Shown here: positions 51,682 through 64,000 of the stretch, piece after piece
Layout of the letters: each line of letters starts with the position of its first letter
Numbering within the stretch: position 1 is the first letter of the stretch
Assembly (NCBI GenBank): GCA_964016885.1
Contig: OZ024741.1
Span: 334,366,001-334,430,000, forward strand
Length of the DNA stretch: 64,000 nucleotides
From: Eledone cirrhosa
Taxonomy: Eukaryota
Direction: 5' to 3'
Position numbers and translations under genes: made by a program
Notes under the pieces: model-generated
The model's database searches: none
Told to the model about the DNA's origin: nothing
Seen by the model: the letters and a program-made list of their open reading frames with translations, nothing else

Positions 51682-52097
51682 ATAATGATTTTTAATTTAG
51701 GCACAAGGTTGATAATTTGTGGGAAGAGGAAAGTCAATCATATTGGTCACAGTACTTTGCTGATACTTGATTTTATTAACATCAGAAGGATGAAAGGCAA
51801 TGTTGACATCAGTGAGATTTGAACACATAACATAATGAACTGGAACAAATACCACAAGGTATTTGTCTGATTCTTTAATGATTCTGACAAATCTCTTCCC
51901 TCTTATAATAATTGTTTCTACTTTTTGGCACAAGGCCAGCAATTACCCAGTGCATTACTGGTACTTTATTTTATCGACCCCGTAAGGATGAAAGGCAAAG
52001 TCAACCCCAGCGGGATTTGAACTCAGATCGTTAAGGGACGTAACTATGCTGGAAAGCATGGCACCAGATTCTCTACCGATACTGCCAATCCACCGCC
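51682..52097 (-). mobile_element. Tandem pair of Meta-like SINEs (other copies near 21405, 29780, 49255, 53725, 54605, 58180)
   Basis: Same core as the 30985-32070 cluster. Confidence 0.85.
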
Positions 52098-54827
52098 TAT
52101 CCACTTCCCTCTTATAATAATATTTGTATGTCTCATGTTTTAAAGTCATCTGATGGAAGGACAAAAGACTTTCTTAAACTAAGGGAAGTTACAGGATGAT
52201 GTTTACAGATGAAAATATATATAATTCTCACTTTATAGTTAGTTATTGTGACACCTTCTCCTGTGGCAATCTGGTACATTTAGCTACCAGCCAAGGCTTT
52301 GCTGCTCACCAGACCAAAAAGGGAAAACTGTCAAAGTATCAACTGCTCTTCCACAAAAATTCTTTGCCTGAGCTTGTGCCTCAGAAAAGAAGTTTCCAGG
52401 TTTACATGACTGAAGTAGGTCTTTACTCTTTTAAGTGGATGTAAATATAGCTGTATGGCCAATTGTATGACTAAAACAAACCTAGTTTGGCTCATATTGG
52501 CAGAAGAAAATATAGCTATCAGTGGAATGTTGGAGTGAAGTGTGTCTAGGACTAAGTAAACAGAGAATTGAATTTTCAAATATATTTTTCTTCATATCCA
52601 TATTTAAGTCAAAAAGAATTTCCAGAAACTAATATTTCAAGGTGGCTTAACAAGTCGATATTATAACGTCACTCTCAAATGTCAGGATTAAGGCTTTACA
52701 TTTTAGTATTTGAATATCATAAAATTGATTTAGACTTTCAAATTTATTGATTTCTAAAGCAGTTGGCAATTAAATGGAGAAAACATAAGGAAAAGAGGTT
52801 CCTTCAATTATGTCATGGACATGACAACCTCTCTTGTGTTTGGTGTCATAATAAAATGCACCCTGTAAACTCTGTAAAGTGGTTGGTGTAAGGACCCATG
52901 CAAAATAAAGGGATATGGGGACTCTTTAGTTGTATCAAGAAGTGTTGATGCCATGACAAAATACACCTAATACACTCTGTAAAGTGGTTGGTAATAAGAA
53001 GGGCATTCAGCTGTAGAAACCATGCCAAAACTTGAACATATATAAGCGTGCTGTAGACTCCGGCTCATCTGGGAAGTCAATAACTTTGATTAAATACTGA
53101 ATTTGACTGTGACAATCCATCCAACTCATGCCAAAAAGGAAACACAGTCGTTAACATGATGGTGGTGATGATGATGATGATGATGACAATGGTGGTGGTG
53201 GTTGTGGTGATGATAATGACGATGGTAGTGGTGGTGGTGGTGATCTTCGTCGTCGTCTTGGTAGTTGTGATGTTGGTATGATGGTGGTGTTAATGATGAT
53301 GATGATGGTGGTGGTGGTAATGGTGGTGACAATGAATTCCTCACTAACAATATCAACTTTCTTCAGCTATATCTTTTTAATATTCATGGAAGGAGATGGC
53401 TCTTAAATTCTTCGACTGAGAAATTAAAGTTAAAGCTAATTTTATGGTTCTTACAATGCTGGTTAATTTTCACAAGTATACTGTGTCATGGTAGTTAGTA
53501 ATCAACTGTCATTTAAATAATAATTGATGGAAATAAGAATTCTTTTCTTTTTGTTTGTTTGTTTAGTAGACTGGTCTGGAGGATGAAGCTAGGGTTACCA
53601 GATTAAGCTTTCAAGGAGTATGCTACTTTTCTAGACAGCATACTTCTTTTTTTTTTTTCTTTTTTTAGATATGGGCTAACTTGATACTTTGAAATTTATA
53701 TTTTTAAAGATATGAATCTTGTTGACTATGCTTTACAGCAAAGAGTTACTGCCCTTTATGGTTTGAGTTCAAATCCTGCTGAGGTTAACTTTGCCTTTCA
53801 TCCTTACGAGGTTGATAAAATAAAGTACCAGTAATACACTGGGATAATTGCTGGCCTTGTGCCAAAAGTAGAAACAATTAAATTATTAGCTAAGTAAGCA
53901 AGGAGCTGCATAGCCTAGTGTTAAGAGTGTTGGACTTGTGATCATAATGCCATGGGTTCAATTCCTGTACTGGGTTGTATGGTGTGTTCATTTCACGTTC
54001 CAGTACTCACAGCTGAAAATGAGTACCAGCAGTAACTGAGGGTTTAACCTTGTGATGAACTGGCGTCCTATCTAGGGTGGAGTTTTGTACTTTCATTCAT
54101 TTCACATCACAAAAATTGGGCTAAGCACCGGCCTGATGAGCCTCCATTCTCAAGACAAACTGTAGACTTAGAAACTAGAACTAACCTACAAGCAAATATA
54201 TATATATTAGAAAGAATTGGGCCCTGACGGCTGAGCTCTTTCCATTTCAATAGCTAATTCCAGAGTCTGGAAAATAAAGACCTTACTAGTTTAATACTGG
54301 TTTAATCTTGATATATATATATATATATATATACATGACTACAGTCCAAAATAATTCTCAGGAAGATTCAGTGCAGGACAAGGAAGTAAACTACTAAATC
54401 TGAGTCATTATATTACAAGTAAATAATAAAAGATTTCTTGTTAACCATTTAATTAAACCTATATTTACTAACTCATTTTGTTCCTTATTCATCTCTCTTC
54501 TCATTTATTTATTTCCCTGTTTCCCATGTCTAATCTAACAAGTCTGAAATAGCAGCAAGTAGTAGAACTAATTAAGAAGAAAAAAATTAAATGGAAATAT
54601 TTATAATAATAATTGTTTCTCTTTTGGGCACAAGGCCAGCAATTTGAAGGGAAGGGGAAAGTTGATTAAATCGACCCCAGTGCATTACTGCTACATTATT
54701 TTATCAACCCCGTAAAAAAGAAAGGCAAAGCTAGACTTGGCAGAATTTGAACTCAGAACATAAAGAGCCATAACTCTATGCTGTAACTTATTGTCTGATG
54801 CTTTATTGATACTGGCAATCCACCAAT

Positions 54828-54877
<50 letters not shown>

Positions 54878-55788
54878 TAATAATAATGGTTTCTTTATTA
54901 GCCACAAGGCTTACATTAAGAGGACAATAAAGATGGCACAAGACGGTACAGTGTGGCTTTTTTGTGGCAAAAAAATGTTTATAACAAAGACTAAAAAACA
55001 AACATTACAAATTCCCCAAAAGTGGGGAGACCTTGGAGGGTTACTCATGGAGAAATCTCACAAAATATCATGGTAACCTTGACCACTAGAGCAAGTACTC
55101 TCTCTCAGTTGACCTCCTCCAATTTAGAGGCACATACTCAGAATAAAATTATAATGATAATGATGATGATAATGGCAACAGCAGAGCTGTACTTAATATC
55201 CAAAAGATATTTGATTGAACAATAGCCTCCAGGTAGTGTATCTTGAATCTGATAAAATTGGTAAAAATTCCTGCCAGTCAGGAAGCTTCATGCCATCGGT
55301 GTGAGTTCCTATTCCTTCTCTCACTCTAACTCCTTCCTCTGTTAATGCATTAAGTTTTCTTGTACACCGAAAATGTTCTTAATAATGTATTTATTAGTGA
55401 ATTGTAGCTTCAACACTCTAGCTTTCCAACAGCATGCAATAATTCCCAGCTGAGAAGATTCAAATAAGCAAACACTTCTTAACTGAATGTAAGCGTTCAC
55501 ATCAAAGAACATGAAGCCATGACTTGTCCATGAAATTTAGCCGCCAGCTGAAGGGATAAAGAAAGTTATCTCTATGAATATGCAAACACATCAAATCTGT
55601 GTATGCCACCTCTTAAGATTGAGATAAGAAAATAAAACAAAAATTTCATCAACTCTTTTACTTCTTCTCTCTCTCTATATATATATATATCTATATATAT
55701 ATCTATAATATCTATATATATCTATATATCTATATATCTATATATATATCTATAATATATATATATATCTATATATCTATATATATAT

Positions 55789-55863
<75 letters not shown>

Positions 55864-56244
55864 AATATGTATATTATATATATATATTTATATCTACAAA
55901 CACACACATATATATAATTTGTTTTGTCATTTTCTTTCTCCCAATCTTTCTCTTTCACTCACTTTCTTTTTCTCCTTTCTCTCTATTACTCATCTTCCCC
56001 GTCTTTTCATTTTTCTTTCTCTTTCTTCATACTATTTTGTTTTGTTTTCCTTTTCCTTTCCTTCTTTCTTCCTAAATGATACTATAGAAATTGTGAAGGA
56101 GAGAGTGACTGGGTGAAAGAATAAGAAATACTAAGGGAGAAGGAAGACATATATATATATATATATATACATGAAGGGTAAGAAAGAGGAGAGAGAAAGA
56201 GAAAGAAAGAGAAGAGAGCAAGATATATATATATATATATATAT

Positions 56245-57955
56245 ATGAAATGCAGTTCGGGTTTGTGTCAGGCAAAAGTACCACAGACGCTCTTTTCATA
56301 GTACGACAACTACAGGAGAAGTTCCTAGCTAAAGGTAAACCCCTCTACTTAGCTTTTGTCGACTTGGAGAAAGCCTTCGACAGAGTCCCCCGCTCCATTA
56401 TCTGGTGGGCTCTTAGAAAACTAGGCGTTGACGAATGGCTTGTGAGGGCTATACAAGCCATGTATAAAGAAACAGTCAGCAAGGTTAGAATTAACAACGA
56501 ATATAGTGAAGAGTTTAGCGTAAAAGTTGGCGTCCATCAGGGCTCTGTTCTCAGCCCCCTACTATTTATTATTGCCCTTCAGGCTATAACAGAGGAGTTC
56601 AAGACAGGCTGCCCATGGGAACTCCTATACGCAGACGACCTGACACTCATAGCGGAATCAATGGCCGAGCTAGAGAAGAAATTTCAAACATGGAAGCACG
56701 GCCTAGAGTCAAAAGGACTTAAAATTAACCTGGCTAAGACCAAAGTTCTAGTTTGTAGGAAAGAAAACAAGGCGGCGGTCCCTTCTGGGAAATGGTCGTG
56801 CTCGGTGTGTAGGAAAGGCGTAGGTAGAAACTCCATTTTATGTCCTAAATGCAAAGTATGGGTGCATAAAAGATGTAGTGGGATCACAGGTAAGCTAACT
56901 AAGAACATAGATTTTACATGTGGCCGGTGTTCTGGTGCAATAAGTAGCAGCAAGTGCCCACAGAATACTAGCTCTTTCAATTGCGCAGAGGGTTCTATAG
57001 AAATAGTGGACAGCTTCCGTTACCTGGGCGATAAAATCAGCAGTGGGGGAGGGTGCTCTGAAAGTACTGTAGCTAGAGTCAGAACTGGTTGGAAAAAGTT
57101 CAGAGAGCTTATACCACTATTAGCTGCTAAAGGGTTCTCCCTAAAAATGAAAGGCAGGTTGTACGATGCCTGCATACGAACAGCAATGTTGCATGGCAGT
57201 GAGACCTGGGCATTGTGTGCAGAGGATATACGCAGACTAGAGAGGAACGAAGCTTGCATGCTCCGCTGGATGTGTAACAGTAATATACATGAACGGCAAA
57301 GCATAAACGAACTAAGGAAAAAATTAGAGATAAGAGGGATCAGATGTTGTTTACTCGAGAGAAGGCTACGTTGGTATGGACACGTGATGCGCATGAAAGT
57401 CGATAGCTGTATAACAAAGTGCAGGGCAATAAAGATAGACGGTAGTCACGGAAAAGGTAGACCTAGAAAAACCTGGGACGAGCTGATAAACTCCGACATC
57501 ACACACTTACACCTCTCCAAGACAATGTCACTGGACCGAGACCTTTGGCGGTACTCAGTAACAGAGAAGACCCGCCTTACCTAAATATATAGTAAAACCT
57601 ACTCCAGCCAGTAGGCATCTCTAACAAAATACACCCCGTCCCACCACCCCCACCCCACCCACACCACCCCATTCTATGTAAAGTTATGTTGGTGCCGCGC
57701 CATCCAGGCCGAAACAAATGAGATCGTGTAGGTGTCACGACAAAAAAACACACAGTCCACGCTGTAATGTGGCCGTGTAGGCAACACGGTAAAAACCTCC
57801 CAGACCCACACTGTAAATGTGGTTGGTGTTAGGAAGGGCATCCAACTGTAGAAAACCTGCCAGACAGTCCTATGCGAGCAAGACAATCACTCTTGCCTCA
57901 AGTGGGACTACCCCCGTCCAAACCCATGCAAGCATGGAACACGGACGTTAAACGT

Positions 57956-57989
<34 letters not shown>
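56245..57989 (+). mobile_element. 5'-truncated, young-looking RTE LINE with long 3' UTR and (GAT)n tail
   Basis: Uninterrupted 444-aa ORF; the 5' end abuts (TA)n. Confidence 0.95.
56250..57584 (+). CDS. RTE LINE reverse transcriptase C-terminal part with PHD-like finger (truncated copy, probably not expressed)
   Basis: FVDLEKAFDRVP, GVHQGSVLSPLLF, YADD, CSVC-CPKC-HKRC-CGRC, FRYLG, LHGSETW, RLRWYGHVMRM, GRPRKTW. Confidence 0.85.
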   Translation: MQFGFVSGKSTTDALFIVRQLQEKFLAKGKPLYLAFVDLEKAFDRVPRSIIWWALRKLGVDEWLVRAIQAMYKETVSKVRINNEYSEEFSVKVGVHQGSVLSPLLFIIALQAITEEFKTGCPWELLYADDLTLIAESMAELEKKFQTWKHGLESKGLKINLAKTKVLVCRKENKAAVPSGKWSCSVCRKGVGRNSILCPKCKVWVHKRCSGITGKLTKNIDFTCGRCSGAISSSKCPQNTSSFNCAEGSIEIVDSFRYLGDKISSGGGCSESTVARVRTGWKKFRELIPLLAAKGFSLKMKGRLYDACIRTAMLHGSETWALCAEDIRRLERNEACMLRWMCNSNIHERQSINELRKKLEIRGIRCCLLERRLRWYGHVMRMKVDSCITKCRAIKIDGSHGKGRPRKTWDELINSDITHLHLSKTMSLDRDLWRYSVTEKTRLT

Positions 57990-60762
57990 ATGTGTGTGTG
58001 TGAAGAGAGAGAGATGTGAGAATGAGACATGTAGAAAGGAGCTACAAAGAAAGTAATAGAAATATAAATAGAAGGAAATGAGCCTAAGATGAAGATAATG
58101 AAACAAGAAGAAAAGGTGTGAAGAAAAAAGTTTGGAATTAACAAATCAAGTAATATCATAGTCTACAGATAGACTATGGGGTGATTTGGTAGAGTTGTTG
58201 GAGTGTTTGGATATTTGTTTCGTCTCATTGTTCTGAGTTCAAATTCTGCCAAGATCTGAGCTCCACTTTACTTTTCATCATTTTGGTGGGGTCGATAAAG
58301 AAAATACTAGTTAAATGGTGATGCAGCCATTTCTCTCTTTCCATCCAGCTGTCACAACCTGGATGTTCTGCTGGATCAAGTGAGTAAGAGTTAAGAGGGT
58401 GTCTGTGCTTGTGTCTGCTCATGACTGCATCAGTCACTATAACCATTAGCGAGAGCATGATACATGCAACAAAATTATACTTGATTATACATACTACTAA
58501 GTCATACTTGATCGTACATACAACTAACATACTTGATTGTACATACTTCTACTTCATACTTGATTGTGAGTGACAGCTTTAGTATTTTATTTTATTTAAA
58601 GATATACCAATAGTTTTACAAAGGTAATTTAGCATATTTCTGAGACAGTCATTGATAAAATACTATGATTTACTTTCACAGCATTCATCATAGTCATTGT
58701 CATTGTCATGATCATTTACAGTCACTTTCCATACTGACAAGGGTTTGACAGGATTTTCAAGGTCTAGTCAGAAAACCATATCTTGCTCATATGTTCCATG
58801 TTTTAGTAAGGTGTGTATGGCTGGATATCCTTCTTAACACCATACCCTTCCTAACACCAACTTGTCGTAATATCATGGCCTTTCTGATGACATGCCTTTA
58901 ATGTTATGCCATTCCAAAATAAAATGTATTCTAGTAGAGACAAAAGTAAAGAAATCATTTACACATAACTATTTAGATTATTTAAAAATTACCTACCATA
59001 ATATGCACCTGTAGATATGTTACAGTACTTTTACTAAATATTCAGGTTTGGAAAGTCATGACCTATCTACCTAACCTTGCTCTGGGCTTAAAATATTAAA
59101 TAATTGTTTCTACGTGTTTGCAATATTTTGCAAACTACTTTCTCAATGAAGTCCAAGTCCAGAACTGTGGATTAATGAAATTGTTAGAGTGCCAGACGAG
59201 ATAACTCGCAGTATTTGTTTCATATCATTATGTTCTGAGTTCAAATTTTGCTCTGGTCTACTTGTGTGGTAGACTTAATCAGTCACTTGGTTTAACACCA
59301 CCACTTAGCCTTTGGACTCTTTTGGCACAGTCCACTCTCTTGCAAGCCTTTGGACCATGTCTCCAATTTAAAGATAACTTCCTTCTTCATTCCCAATGAT
59401 CTTCAAGACCTTGAAAATGTTCACAAGTATTGCTCTTCCCTCTCAGACTAAGCAGTTAAAAACAGTTCCAAAAATCTTCAAACATTTTAAGTAATTTTTT
59501 TTCCTTCTAAAAAGCATTATAAGAGAAACAATATTGTAATAATACTTTTGTTCCAGTTGGGACCAAAATGAACCAATTGAAAACAAAACATGTTCATAAA
59601 TCTAAGCTAATACATATTAGTACTGCTGGTTGAAGATTTCATCCTAATTGCAATCTTTCTTCATTTCCATAATTTAAAATGTCTAATACAGGTTTAACAC
59701 TATAAATCTTTGGAATCTTTTTTTCTGGTTTAAGCCAGCCACCCATGCTCAAATACTGCACTGAAAAATGGAATTAGAAAAAAAAGATAACAAAAATAAA
59801 ATAAAAAATTCCCTAACTGCATTTAAGTGAAAAATTTCTCAGCAGAGATTATCAGAGTACTTTGGAAAGAGAACAGCCATGCATCACATTGTGAAGTTAT
59901 GTTTTCTCTTTATTTTTTGTTGTTGCTGTTGCTGCAGTTGCTGTTGTTGTTACTCATTTTTGCACACAAGCATGTCATTTCACTTTATTAGAATTCCAAA
60001 AAAGAAAACCTCAAATGAATTCTTCAATCATCACATGCGCCTTTTAATATAATTAATGCCATTTTTATACAGCACAATCACTAGAAACACTAATCCCCTG
60101 CAGATTAAATTAGTTAAAATCCTTCTCTGAATTACTTTCTATTAAATAGAAACTCACTGCTTAGCATCTGTTCTTAAAAATCAAAGAATGAGGAGATGAG
60201 AGAAGAGAGAGAAAGATAGAAATCTTTTTGTGTTACATTTCTTTAAAATTCTACATGTTATAAAATGTGTGTTGGCTAAAGGAAGCAACCGAAGTGGAAT
60301 TTCTGTTTAAGAGAGTTTAATACTAAGCTGCAGATTCAAGTGTCAGTGACCAGAGACAAAAGCACAAAAGACAAGTACAGTTATCTTCAATACAGATAAC
60401 TGTTTGAATGCAAAAATGCTGGCAATGTTTTTCGCTTCATCTGTAAACAACAACAACAACAACATAAGGATAAAAACGTATTTATTTATTATTTGCTGAC
60501 TTGAAAAGTCATAAAAACGAGACAAAACAACAACATTATTCATGTTGGCTTGCAACACCTTTTACAGTTTTAACATATATTGTTTTTTTCTTACATTTTA
60601 CATTTTGTTATGTTTAATTTTGTTTTCTTCTTTTAACTTTACTTTGTGGATTTCTTTTTTTTTTTTTTTTTTTGGAGGAAGCGAATTTGTGCATTGACCC
60701 AAATTCTTTATTTAGATTTTCTTTATTATTATTATTATTATTTTTTATTATTATTATTATTA

Positions 60763-60812
<50 letters not shown>

Positions 60813-61559
60813 ATTATTGTTGTTGTTGTTGTTGTTATTGTTGTTGTTTATTTGTATATAAAATGCAATCAAATGATATTCAATATGTTGAAGTAAGAAG
60901 GATAAATATACTTGGAAAATGGATATTTCTGATATAGCAAAAGATAAAAAATCAATAATTTTGCTTTCATTCCATTGCTGGTCTTCTCCAAAAAGAAAGT
61001 AAACATACTTTTTGAAAAATATTGAGAAATACAGAAACGCCAATGTAGAATCTAGATTCCATTCCATTTAGTAGCATACCCGAGTTCCAATAATTTTATA
61101 TCTATAAACTTCTCCATGAAAGTTAGTTTTCTACCTTAAAAATTTGTCAATTACTAATGGAAAAAAATGATTCCTTTTACTTTAGCATTAGCAAATAAAT
61201 AAATGTAAGAGTTTGGAAAAATACATAAATGTATATAAAATAAACATATATAGAATTTAAAAAATAAAAAAGCAAGAGCTGCATCTAAGTTTTGCATTTT
61301 CTTTGATTTTTGTATTGGAAAGCCGTATTCTTAATTCTATTGACAAGAAGGAAAGAAAATATTTTTAAAATGTGACCAGTAAGTATGTATATCATTAAAA
61401 ATTCTCAAACACACATCTGTATATAATATTTTATTTATGTCTGTCTATACAGGTATACTTTTATATACATATATGTATATGTGTGTGCATATATTATATG
61501 TGTATGTTGATATTATATATAAATATATATATGCACACACACACACACACAAATATATA

Positions 61560-61598
<39 letters not shown>

Positions 61599-61650
61599 GT
61601 TGAAATTCTTTATATATATATATATATATACATATATATATAAAGAATTT

Positions 61651-61719
<69 letters not shown>

Positions 61720-61782
61720 CATATATGCAAACTTTATAAAGTATTTGATTTATTGGTATCTCTCTCTCTCACCACCTCTCGT

Positions 61783-61815
<33 letters not shown>

Positions 61816-61816
61816 G

Positions 61817-62313
61817 TATTTCGTTTCTGAATTTGTTTAGCAAGATTCTTTATCTGAAAACGTGTGTTGAAACCGATATTGTTATACTTTGGGAGGGTCA
61901 TGTTGCCAATAAGAAACACATGCATCAGTTTCTTTCACTTCAATTTATTATAAATTTAGGAATTTATAAATTTCCGGTTGGCTGGTTGGTTCTACAACCA
62001 GACGATTGTTCATATATTGTCAAAGTTCTTTCGTCACACATTCTGTGACCTCTTCAGTGACTGGATATTCTTTTCTTTGTTTTTGTGCCTCTCATTTGTT
62101 CTGTCCGACGCCATCTTGTTTTTGTGTGTGTTGTGTGCTTAGTTTGCACATGTGTTACATCCGGGTGTCTGTGTGTGTTTATATTTGTTTATTTATTTGT
62201 TTATTTACATGTTACTGGTTGGTTGTTTGTTCTATGTGTGTGTGTTTTCATTTTGTCCTTAATTGTAAGTTGTGATGTTGCTATTCCATTCATGCTTTAT
62301 AGAAAGCATGAAT
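61817..62313 (-). mobile_element. Monomer of the ~500 bp HHR-bearing element (HHR at 62019-62061)
   Basis: Reverse complement of 22586-23095 with the same two termini. Confidence 0.88.
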
Positions 62314-62316
62314 ATA

Positions 62317-63146
62317 TACATGGCAGTGAGACTTGGGTATTGTGTGCAGAGGACCTGCGCAGACTGTAAAGGAACAAAGCATGCATGCTCCGTTGGATGT
62401 GTAATAGTAATATATGTGAACGGCAAAGCATAAATGAACTAAGTGAGAAATTAGGAATAAGAGGGATTAGATGCTGTTTACTCGAGAGAAGACTACGTTG
62501 GTATGGCCACGTGATGCGCATAAAAGACGACAGCTGTATAAAAAAGTGCAGGGCGATCAAAATTGATGGTAGTTACGGAGTAGGTAGACCCAGAAAAACC
62601 TGGGATGATTTGATAAATTCCGACCTTACACACTTGCACCTCTCTAAGACAATGTCACTGGACCGAGATCTTTGGCGCTACGCAGTAATACAGAAGACCC
62701 GCCTTGCCTATGTACAAAGCGAAACCTACAGTCAGTAGGCACCTCTTAACCAAATATACACCCCAATCCACTACCCCTACCCTATCCTCCCACTCCTACC
62801 AACACCACCCTCTCTCTCTATAAAGTTGGTACAACAACATCCAGTCCAAATAAATGAGATAAATGAGATCGAGATCGAGAAAGTGTAGGTGTCACAAGAA
62901 AAAAACACACAGTCCACGCTGTAATGTGGTCGTGTAGGTAACACGGTAAAAGTTCCCAATTCCACACTGTAAATGTGGTTGGTGTTAGAAAGGGAATCCA
63001 GCCATAGAAAACCTGCCAGATAGTCCTGTATGAGCGAGACATGGTCACCCAACCAACCTTGCCCCAAGTGGGACAACTCCCGTCTAATCCATGCTAGCGT
63101 GGAAAATGGACGTTAAACGAAGATGATGATGATGATGATGATGATA
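62317..63146 (+). mobile_element. 5'-truncated RTE LINE 3' end with long 3' UTR
   Basis: HGSETW...RLRWYGHVMR...GRPRKTW; close to 26015-26780. Confidence 0.92.
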
Positions 63147-63441
63147 TGTGTGTGTGTATATATGTGTGTTTTTATTGAAATTGAAAAGCTTCACAAATTG
63201 TTGCCCAGAGATTCAACATAAAACTGAAAGTAAAAGATGATTTGTGAATTTTATCAGTTTCAATAAAATTCAGTATTTAACTCTATTTTGATATTGAGTA
63301 CCATGTTCTCCAACTTGTTAGCACTGTGTAAATATATATGTATATATATATATAGAGAGAGAGAGAGAGCAAGAAAGAGAGAGAGAGAATAAAGAAAGTG
63401 CAAAGTCCAGTGTAAATTTTTAAAAATCCTTTATAACAGAG

Positions 63442-63519
63442 CTGTAATACATACTTCAATGGTGAACATGGCTACATGATGGTTCAATCTCACAAGAGTC
63501 ATGGGATATCATCAGACAG
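63442..63519 (-). ncRNA. Degenerate hammerhead-like motif
   Basis: Minus strand CTGT-CTGATGA-TAT...ATT-GAAG-TATGTA-TT-ACAG; GAAG replaces GAAA. Confidence 0.4.
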
Positions 63520-63618
63520 TATCTTCTGTAATAAGGTTTTGTTTCTGAGGTAATTTAATCTAATGACAAGGGAATAGACAGAAGTAAAGTTTACATAGCG
63601 AAAGTTCACACCAATAAA

Positions 63619-63654
<36 letters not shown>

Positions 63655-63706
63655 ATGTTCAAGACCCTCGACGGCAGAGCTCAAGCCGTTTTGACGGCTA
63701 TTTCTG

Positions 63707-64000
<294 letters not shown>

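Noticed and set aside
54133-54160. CTGATGA as HHR core (also 4004, 18820, 41857, 58884)
   Set aside because: No matching stems or properly placed GAAA; these are a SINE tail, YADD codons or chance matches

Overview
AT-rich, repeat-dense animal genomic DNA with no convincing host protein-coding gene. It is most likely an octopod (cephalopod) intergenic or intronic region, inferred from the abundant (TA)n/(CA)n/(GAT)n tracts, RTE LINEs with (GAT)n tails and tRNA-derived SINE families. Main contents: (i) two Penelope-like retroelements (PLEs; RT plus C-terminal GIY-YIG, Neptune-type Cys linker). One is near full length (4.26-9.42 kb, minus) with an extra coiled-coil/NLS ORF1 that overlaps the RT frame at a U-UUU-UUG slippery site; the other is 5'-truncated with a ~850 bp inverted duplication (11.7-14.5 kb). 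(ii) At least 8 distinct type I hammerhead ribozyme (HHR) motifs, plus mirror copies and degenerate or half copies. Almost all lie in short non-coding fold-back elements embedded in (TA)n tracts. (iii) Several RTE LINE copies carrying a PHD-like finger, with a visible SINE-LINE tail partnership and an apparent SINE-derived 3' UTR. (iv) Many SINEs, piggyBac-type and mariner-type MITEs, a ~24 x 54 bp array grown out of a SINE 3' tail, and long low-complexity tracts. Most ORFs in the track are microsatellite artefacts. All structures were read by eye; none was computed or searched.
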